Source: an uncultured virus (IMG/VR IMGVR_UViG_3300042197_001981) | Taxonomy: Duplodnaviria; Heunggongvirae; Uroviricota; Caudoviricetes | Strand: one strand, 5' to 3' | Length of the DNA stretch: 64,000 bases | Virus record (IMG/VR): IMGVR_UViG_3300042197_001981 | Shown: in pieces, positions 57,757-64,000 of the stretch | Numbering within the stretch: position 1 is the first letter of the stretch | How the letters are laid out: each line of letters starts with the position of its first letter | The notes under the pieces: generated by a model | What the model was told of the DNA's origin: nothing | What the model saw: the letters and a program-made list of their open reading frames with translations, nothing else | The model's database searches: none | Translations under genes and position numbers: made by a program

Positions 57757-57835
57757 CGCCCTGAGTACGGCTTCAAACTGCTCTTTTTCATATAACTACT
57801 GTTGTTGCGCCCTGAGCACGGCCCTAAAAGGCTCA
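57757..57835 (+). repeat. Tandem 27-nt imperfect repeat, putative twin pseudoknots, before the polymerase gene
   Basis: cgccctgagtacggcttcaaactgctc and cgccctgagcacggccctaaaaggctc. Confidence 0.65.
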
Positions 57836-57847
57836 CCAAATTTCACC

Positions 57848-59590
57848 ATGAAAACTTACGCCGTTGACTTTGAAACTTACTACGACAATGAATGCTCGGT
57901 CCGAAAGCTAGGCAACCGAGGTTACTTTAGCCACTACGACTTCGAGGCATACTTGGTCACGGTCGTTAGCCCCGATGGATTTAGCTTCGCAGGTGACCCA
58001 CGCGAATTTGACTGGTCTATGTTGACAGGCAACCGCGTACTGTCACACAACGCATCTTTCGACGAATCGCTGTACCTGTACGGTGTCGAACAAAACTGGT
58101 GGCCTGCTTGTAGCCCAGCAGAATGGCACTGCACCGCTGACCTAGCCGCCTATGCCGGATTGCCGCGAAACCTAAAGGGTGCGGCCCAAGAGGCCCTTGG
58201 AGTTGAGCTCAGCAAGGATACCCGGGACAAGATGAAAGGCAAACGGTGGGCCAGTATGGATCCAGAGTTCCAACAGGAAGTTCTGGCGTACGCTACCAAG
58301 GACGCCGAGCTGTGCCTTCAACTATGGGAGAAACTTAGCCCCGAGTGGCCGCAGGCGGAACGCGAGCATAGTGTTCTGACCCGAAAAATTTGCAGACACG
58401 GCATCCCGGTGGATGAGGGCCTAATCAAAACCAACGCCGAGAAACTTCGGGTCGCGCTTTGGGAAGCCGAGCAAAGCATCCCGTGGCGTGACACCGGTGC
58501 GCTGCTGAGCCGCAAGGAGTCCAACTTGGCCTGCAGGGCCGCAGGGATCCAACCACCCAAAAGTTGGGCCATGGGTGACCCAGAGTGCGAAGAGTGGCTG
58601 GACAAGTACGCGGAAAAGTTCCCGTGGGTCTATGCGGTACGCAACTGGCGGCGCATGAACAGCCTACTGAAAAAAGTCGAGGCGTTCGACGCGGGTACTG
58701 TGGACGGCCGCTACTACGGTGGTCTTATGTACTGGGGCGCCCACACCGGGCGCTGGTCCGGTAGCGGCGGCAACCTCAATTTGCAAAACCTTCCGCGGGG
58801 CGACATGTTCGGCGTGAACCTACGCGAGCAAATTCGGTGTGCGGACGATAAGCGGCTGGTCATCGTAGACCTTAGCCAGATCGAGGTCCGCACACTTTGT
58901 TGGCTGGCCGAGGACCACGAAACACTAGCCGAGATTGCGGCGTCAGACGACATCTACGAAGCGTTCGCCGTCCGATTCGAGCTGTGGTCCAAAGACCAAG
59001 GCAGTTTGAAAGCGAACGACGCCGCCCTGCGCCACAAGGTCAAGGGCATGGTATTGGGTTGCGGCTACGGCGCCTCAGCGAAAAAATACCAGCTCATCAT
59101 GGACGTACCGCAGGAAGAAGCCGAGGCGGCGGTCTCGCTGTACCAACAAAAGATGAGCAAGGTCCGCGCCCTGTGGCGCAAGTACAGGCGGCTTACAGAA
59201 ACGGCCAAGGAAGGTAATGACCTAAGTATTGACCTGCCGAGCGGGAACAAGATCACGTACCGAAACATTTGTAGGAACACCGAGGCCGTGAACTGCATGG
59301 TCGTCAAGAACGGAAAGAACATTTTGGTGCGCCCGTGGTACGGGATGATTACCGAAAACGTCAGTCAGAAGCTCGCCCGGGATATTTTTGCCCACCAGCT
59401 GAAAAAATTAGATGACGCCGGGCACAAAATTATTTTGCATGTCCACGACGAAGTGGTTATTGAAGCGCCTGCGGCGGACGCCGAAAGAACTTTGGCCGAC
59501 GCCTTGAAAATCATGTGCACCCCACCAGACTGGATTCCAGACATCCCGTTGTCAGCGGACGGACAAATCTCACAATACTACACAAAATGA
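57848..59590 (+). CDS. DNA polymerase family A with 3'-5' exonuclease
   Basis: DFETY, HNASFD, YA.KD, TGRWSG, NLQNLPR, DLSQIEVR, K.MVLGCGYG and HVHDE. Confidence 0.95.
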   Translation: MKTYAVDFETYYDNECSVRKLGNRGYFSHYDFEAYLVTVVSPDGFSFAGDPREFDWSMLTGNRVLSHNASFDESLYLYGVEQNWWPACSPAEWHCTADLAAYAGLPRNLKGAAQEALGVELSKDTRDKMKGKRWASMDPEFQQEVLAYATKDAELCLQLWEKLSPEWPQAEREHSVLTRKICRHGIPVDEGLIKTNAEKLRVALWEAEQSIPWRDTGALLSRKESNLACRAAGIQPPKSWAMGDPECEEWLDKYAEKFPWVYAVRNWRRMNSLLKKVEAFDAGTVDGRYYGGLMYWGAHTGRWSGSGGNLNLQNLPRGDMFGVNLREQIRCADDKRLVIVDLSQIEVRTLCWLAEDHETLAEIAASDDIYEAFAVRFELWSKDQGSLKANDAALRHKVKGMVLGCGYGASAKKYQLIMDVPQEEAEAAVSLYQQKMSKVRALWRKYRRLTETAKEGNDLSIDLPSGNKITYRNICRNTEAVNCMVVKNGKNILVRPWYGMITENVSQKLARDIFAHQLKKLDDAGHKIILHVHDEVVIEAPAADAERTLADALKIMCTPPDWIPDIPLSADGQISQYYTK

Positions 59591-61716
59591 AATACTCAGC
59601 CCTAAAGAACCTACGCGCAAAAGACACGTTTCCTTTTGACCCAGCCAACTGGGCTGGTATTTACCCAGCTACCGTCGACAGTAAATCCAAGATAAGAGCT
59701 TGGTCTCAAGAACTGTCAACCAACCACGCGTTTGTGAGCGGGGTCGAAGGAGCTAACGCCTCGCTGCGCATTAACGGCGACAACCCACCTCACAAGATCC
59801 ACGCGTTAGTGTTGGACTACGACACCCCAGTGGATTGGTCCACGCTCGAGCAGCATCTCGACAAACGATTGGCCGGGGCCCCAAAGCCGACTTGGGCAGC
59901 TGAAACTTGGAGCGGCAACTTGCGTATGATCTGGGAACTCGATAGCCCGCTGACGGTCACCGACCGCACCGCGGCTGGTGTTTTGGGTGAGTTGGCCAAA
60001 CTCGTGAACGCTCCAAAATTGCACCCCGGGCTAGACAGCACCAGCCTGAATCCAAGCCAATACTTCGACGCCGGCCGCGCATGGCGGCCCCTTGGTGGCT
60101 CGATTAAACTTGAACAGGGTGTCGAGGTCGCCTACAAGGTTGGCTCCGGGGCCGTGGCCGAAAGCGAATCCGATATTCCGTTTGAGGACATCGCCGCCGA
60201 AGTTGAGCGTAGGTGGCCCGGGCGGTGGGGTAAAGAGTTCGCCGTGGGCATCCGGGGCCCTCTTTTTTGGATCGACGATGGCATCGACCGGGAAGGGGCC
60301 GTCATTCGCGAAGAAGGCATGATCTGCTACAGTGACCGGGCTGGTGCGCCGTTCGTCAGCTGGGGTGAAATCTTAGGCTCTGATTTCGTCAAGAAGTACC
60401 AGACCAAGAAGATCGCCGACGGCGTCAAAGACATCTACTTTGACGGCCGCGACTTTTGGATTGTCAACCCGACAGGGAGCGTGCGCCACAACCGAGAAAA
60501 CATCATACTGCACCTGCGCATGTGCGGATTCGGCTCAGATCGCAAAAGGGGCGCTAAGGTTTCGGAGCTCGACGCAGCTATGCATTACATTGTAACTACA
60601 AACCGAGTTGATGGGTCTGGTCCGTATCTGTTCCGCAAAGAACTTATTGTCAACGACGGCGGCCTTCGTATGGTGAACACCAGCCGCTGTAAGGCCATGG
60701 ATCCCGCTGCAGATGGTGACCCGCAGCACTGGCCGTGGCTCAATAACTTCTTCAGCCAGTTGTTTGATCCTGTGGCTGATGAGCTGGGGTGTATGCCGCT
60801 TGACTTCTGGTACTCGTGGCTGGCTCGGGCCTACAAAGCCTCGTACTCCAAAGAAGAAAAGAGCGGTCAGGCGGTCATTATTGCCGGCCCGCAGGGGCGC
60901 GGCAAGACGCTGCTATCGCAGTTCATCGTCGGTAAACTGCTAGGCGGGGCGGCGGACGCCAGCGGGTTCTTGTGTGCAAAGACGCCGTTCAACAAGGCGC
61001 TCAGTGAGGTCCCCGTGTGGTCAGTGGACGACGCCGTGGCTAGCAGCAACTTTGCCGACCATCGAAAGTTCGTCGAGGTTCTGAAGAAGCTAGTGGCTAA
61101 CCCTAGGATTCAGGTCGAGGCCAAATTCCAAGACCGTACCGACATACCGTGGTTTGGCCGGGCGATCGTTACCCTGAACGAGGACTCGAACAGCATGAGC
61201 ATGATTCCTAGCCTAGAGTCTAGCAACCGGGACAAGCTCATGGCGTTCAAGATCAACGAAAACTCGTTTCAGAATTTCTTACCAAACGATCAGCAAGAAC
61301 GATTGATCCTGCGGGAACTCCCACATTTCGCTCGGTGGCTGCTGGAATACACACCGAACCCGGCAGTGGTTGGGTCGCCTCGGTACGGGGTGCGAAGTTA
61401 CTTCCACCCGATAGTTGAGAACAGCGCCCGCGATAGTAGCTCCAGACAAGGGGCGAGCGAACTGTTAGATATTTTCTTGCGGTACTACTCGAACACTAAC
61501 CCGAACGAAGAATTTTGGACCGGTACCACCACCCAGCTCATGGTCGAGATCCAGCGACTAGAAGAGCTCCGTGGGTTCGCAGTGCTCAAGGAGCCCATAA
61601 GGTTCCAGCGTGATCTAAGTAGCGCTGAGGAATACTACAAGGCGAACCCCGGGGCTCGTCGCATCACCAGCGAAAGCACAGGTCATGGAAGGATATGGAC
61701 AATCCAGATCAAATGA
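59587..61716 (+). CDS. Primase-helicase (PrimPol-like N-terminus plus SF3/DUF5906 ATPase)
   Basis: LVLDYD, ETWSGN.R, Walker A GPQGRGKT and WSVDD. Confidence 0.8.
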   Translation: MKYSALKNLRAKDTFPFDPANWAGIYPATVDSKSKIRAWSQELSTNHAFVSGVEGANASLRINGDNPPHKIHALVLDYDTPVDWSTLEQHLDKRLAGAPKPTWAAETWSGNLRMIWELDSPLTVTDRTAAGVLGELAKLVNAPKLHPGLDSTSLNPSQYFDAGRAWRPLGGSIKLEQGVEVAYKVGSGAVAESESDIPFEDIAAEVERRWPGRWGKEFAVGIRGPLFWIDDGIDREGAVIREEGMICYSDRAGAPFVSWGEILGSDFVKKYQTKKIADGVKDIYFDGRDFWIVNPTGSVRHNRENIILHLRMCGFGSDRKRGAKVSELDAAMHYIVTTNRVDGSGPYLFRKELIVNDGGLRMVNTSRCKAMDPAADGDPQHWPWLNNFFSQLFDPVADELGCMPLDFWYSWLARAYKASYSKEEKSGQAVIIAGPQGRGKTLLSQFIVGKLLGGAADASGFLCAKTPFNKALSEVPVWSVDDAVASSNFADHRKFVEVLKKLVANPRIQVEAKFQDRTDIPWFGRAIVTLNEDSNSMSMIPSLESSNRDKLMAFKINENSFQNFLPNDQQERLILRELPHFARWLLEYTPNPAVVGSPRYGVRSYFHPIVENSARDSSSRQGASELLDIFLRYYSNTNPNEEFWTGTTTQLMVEIQRLEELRGFAVLKEPIRFQRDLSSAEEYYKANPGARRITSESTGHGRIWTIQIK

Positions 61717-61949
61717 CCTTCGTGCTGGACGCTGGCCAGTTCCGGGCGGTGCTTACGGTGCCGGAACCCGGAGCGTTCGATTTGGACTTTTGGGGAGAAC
61801 CACTATCCATAGACCCCGGGGCGTACGCCGACTGGTGTGCTGACTCTGCGGCGCAACTGTACGCCGAAGATGACCACTGCATGTACGACCCGTATGAGTT
61901 GGTCGACGCACTGTTGGGCTACTTTTTCAAAGTAACCTCAGGTCAATAG
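61713..61949 (+). CDS. Small acidic hypothetical protein
   Basis: ATGA-coupled to the primase stop. Confidence 0.45.
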   Translation: MTFVLDAGQFRAVLTVPEPGAFDLDFWGEPLSIDPGAYADWCADSAAQLYAEDDHCMYDPYELVDALLGYFFKVTSGQ

Positions 61950-62878
61950 TGACCCCGTACAGGACGTACGCTGTCGCCGTACAGCTGCAGGTCCAGCGAC
62001 GGGCGGGCTGGGCCGCGGTACTGGTCGAGGTTCTCGTCCAACAACAACCGGCACTTGTCCCAGTGAATCTGGGCCCGCTCTAAGTCGGCGTTATCTTCAG
62101 CGAGCACCGCCAGCAAAGCGTGTTTCAGGGCGCCGGTGTGGCTGATGTACACCAAATCGTTGTCGCCAGCCACCGGCAAGAACCGGCGTTTGCACAGCAC
62201 ATGAGCGTAGGTGCCGGCCTGCGCCTTAGGCACGCGGTACCGGCGGAACCGTGCTACTCCGTTGCCGGGGCCAACGGTGGCCACGGTCGTTTCTGGGTCG
62301 GCGGCAGTCGTCCGCAGGTCGTAAACGCCCTGTAGCTGTTCAAACCTAATGGCGTCCACAACGTCGACCGCAGGAGAAAATTGTACCTCAGCGGTGCCGG
62401 GGCCGGTGTTAGCGGCTAGGTCGGAATAAACCTGCGATCCGTCGTTCGTCAAAACTTCGATCAGGGCACCGTCGTCGGGATCGAACGTCGCGCCGGTTGG
62501 GTAACCGGCCGCAGCTACCACATGCAGGGTAGCGGTGTTCTCTGGTATGTCCTGCAACACCGGACGGTACCCGTCGTCGATCAAGCCGTACTGAAGCAAA
62601 GCATCGGTGTCGAACCCGGTAGCCCGATAGTCGTGCCACAGCGAACGCACGGTAGCTGGTTGGTTATCAACCACTGCGTACAGCACCGTGTCGCCTTGTG
62701 GTGGGAGTGTAAAGTACCCATCGGCGCAGTTGAAGCTACCTTCAATGGTAAGGTCCCGCCATACCCCCATGCCGTAAATGGCCTCGAGGGCTTGGTTCAG
62801 GGCTGGGGCAAAAGACTGCCCGGGGGCAATGTATTGACCCAAAACCTGACTCAGTTGACCTAGGGTTGTAGCGTGCAT
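61943..62878 (-). CDS. Tail tubular / head-tail adaptor-like protein (311 aa)
   Basis: LNQALE.IY..G.W N-terminus and ALKHALLA..AEDN C-terminus; last gene of the structural operon. Confidence 0.6.
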   Translation of the reverse strand: MHATTLGQLSQVLGQYIAPGQSFAPALNQALEAIYGMGVWRDLTIEGSFNCADGYFTLPPQGDTVLYAVVDNQPATVRSLWHDYRATGFDTDALLQYGLIDDGYRPVLQDIPENTATLHVVAAAGYPTGATFDPDDGALIEVLTNDGSQVYSDLAANTGPGTAEVQFSPAVDVVDAIRFEQLQGVYDLRTTAADPETTVATVGPGNGVARFRRYRVPKAQAGTYAHVLCKRRFLPVAGDNDLVYISHTGALKHALLAVLAEDNADLERAQIHWDKCRLLLDENLDQYRGPARPSLDLQLYGDSVRPVRGHY

Positions 62879-63138
62879 TACATCAATTTATTTTTAAGTT
62901 CAGCCAACAAATTCTCGTAGTTTATTTTTTGAATACCTTCTTGAATGAGTTTATCGCAGATCATTTTTGGCCATTTTTCAAAGTTTTTCTTTTCTAGGCC
63001 AAGAAGATTTCCACTTTTAGACACGGCCAAATCGTAACCGTCTAAATCATTAGCAAGTTTGATTGTAACTTCTGCGGTGTATTGGATGCCCTTATACGAG
63101 AAATTGTACTCTAGCTCGGATTGTACTTGGAAGCTCAT
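62878..63138 (-). CDS. Hypothetical AT-rich protein (86 aa)
   Basis: ORF track; coupled to neighbours. Confidence 0.5.
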   Translation of the reverse strand: MSFQVQSELEYNFSYKGIQYTAEVTIKLANDLDGYDLAVSKSGNLLGLEKKNFEKWPKMICDKLIQEGIQKINYENLLAELKNKLM

Positions 63139-63263
63139 TATTTTTTAATGGTTACTTTTTTAGTGTGAAGCTCGCGTTTTAGTTTTTCTTGTTGGCTTGC
63201 CTTTAGCGGACTAACCTTGGACAAAAGATACGCAACTTGCTTTTTAGTTTTGGTCTGTGGCAT
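63138..63263 (-). CDS. Small basic protein (41 aa, MPQTKTKKQVAYLLSKVSPL...)
   Basis: Translated by hand; TAATG overlap with the next gene; TTGACA upstream. Confidence 0.55.
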   Translation of the reverse strand: MPQTKTKKQVAYLLSKVSPLKASQQEKLKRELHTKKVTIKK

Positions 63264-63295
63264 GAGATTATTCGTATGTTATTTTCGTACAGTTG

Positions 63296-63523
63296 TCAAG
63301 GTCCTAGGTAGCCTCCACTTTGTGGCTGCTCGATTGTAATTTCTGTAACATTGGTAGTTTTTTTGTATGCTGGATCATCTTTTAGGGTTCTTCGTTTTGT
63401 GACGTCAGAGTATTCCCTAGGGGCCGCCTCCGACGGTCTAGCAGACCCAGCTCTATCACCCAACACTTTTTCAGCAAAAGACGCTAAGTCTGCTTTCATC
63501 TGATCTATGGTCGACTGTTCCAT
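63296..63523 (-). CDS. Hypothetical protein (75 aa)
   Basis: ORF track; TAATG coupling. Confidence 0.55.
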   Translation of the reverse strand: MEQSTIDQMKADLASFAEKVLGDRAGSARPSEAAPREYSDVTKRRTLKDDPAYKKTTNVTEITIEQPQSGGYLGP

Positions 63524-64000
63524 TATGTTGAAAGATTGGCAGCATCAAAAACAACGGCAAAACATCTTACGTAACCCCACTTATAGGGCTCGACTCTGGA
63601 CTGCAACATGTAAAGTCCTTCGTTTGGTATTGCTGCAGGGGTAGTGGCAGATAGTGATTTAGGTTCTACAGTCCCAACTACAGGAGCCGATACATCATTG
63701 TATTTATATGCTGCTATAGCTGCATCCCATGTATTATTCGGTTCTGTCTGAAAAGAAAGCTGTGTAGTACTGGCGCGTACGGTTTCTGTTTTGTCTGTCA
63801 CTGCCACTAACTGGCCGACACTTGTTTTTTCAAAAAATGGTATATTACCGTGAATTACAGGTTGTATGGCTAAAGAGTCTGTAATAAGTTGTGAGTCAAC
63901 ATCATTACTTTTGCTTAGCGTTAATTCTCTTACAATGCCATCAAAAGAAACAGAACTTCTATAAGACATTGTATATTTAGCCGTCGCTGATTTTTTTGAG
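63523..64000 (-). CDS. C-terminal part of the protein starting at 2471
   Basis: Same frame through the terminal overlap. Confidence 0.75.
   Translation of the reverse strand, partial: SKKSATAKYTMSYRSSVSFDGIVRELTLSKSNDVDSQLITDSLAIQPVIHGNIPFFEKTSVGQLVAVTDKTETVRASTTQLSFQTEPNNTWDAAIAAYKYNDVSAPVVGTVEPKSLSATTPAAIPNEGLYMLQSRVEPYKWGYVRCFAVVFDAANLST

Overview
The window is an essentially complete ~63.7 kb tailed dsDNA phage genome, probably podovirus-like. Bases 1-252 recur at 63749-64000 with one mismatch, so it closes as a circle of 63,748 bp. I found no integrase, repressor, RNA polymerase, tRNA, CRISPR array or reverse transcriptase. There are four transcription blocks. (1) Minus strand, 21.2 kb to 1 and wrapping to 61.9 kb: HNH, portal, scaffold, major capsid, small head proteins, lysis cassette, two tail fibres with paralogous adaptors, and tail proteins. 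(2) Plus strand, 21.9-28.65 kb: small early/anti-host genes with CCCCAA/TGAAACC leaders, including a SAM-lyase-like gene. (3) Minus strand, 47.3-28.6 kb: large terminase, two probable ejection proteins and a 4886-aa polyvalent protein. (4) Plus strand, 47.3-61.9 kb: HTH, RuvC-like, RlpA, glycosyltransferase, dATP/dGTP diphosphohydrolase domain, intein-containing SF2 helicase, Cas4-like nuclease, SSB-like protein, family A polymerase and primase-helicase. The strongest findings are: an intein whose Zn-finger/DUF559(Vsr)-type endonuclease is encoded in the +1 frame while the intein frame stays open; AT-rich effector cassettes in the giant protein bounded by a repeated 'SPDIRRSR'-type junction, including an exact 26-bp direct repeat; a short helix motif shared by the scaffold termini and four small head-region proteins; and H-type pseudoknots ahead of the SSB-like and polymerase genes. 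All family calls come from motif recognition by eye, not from database searches.
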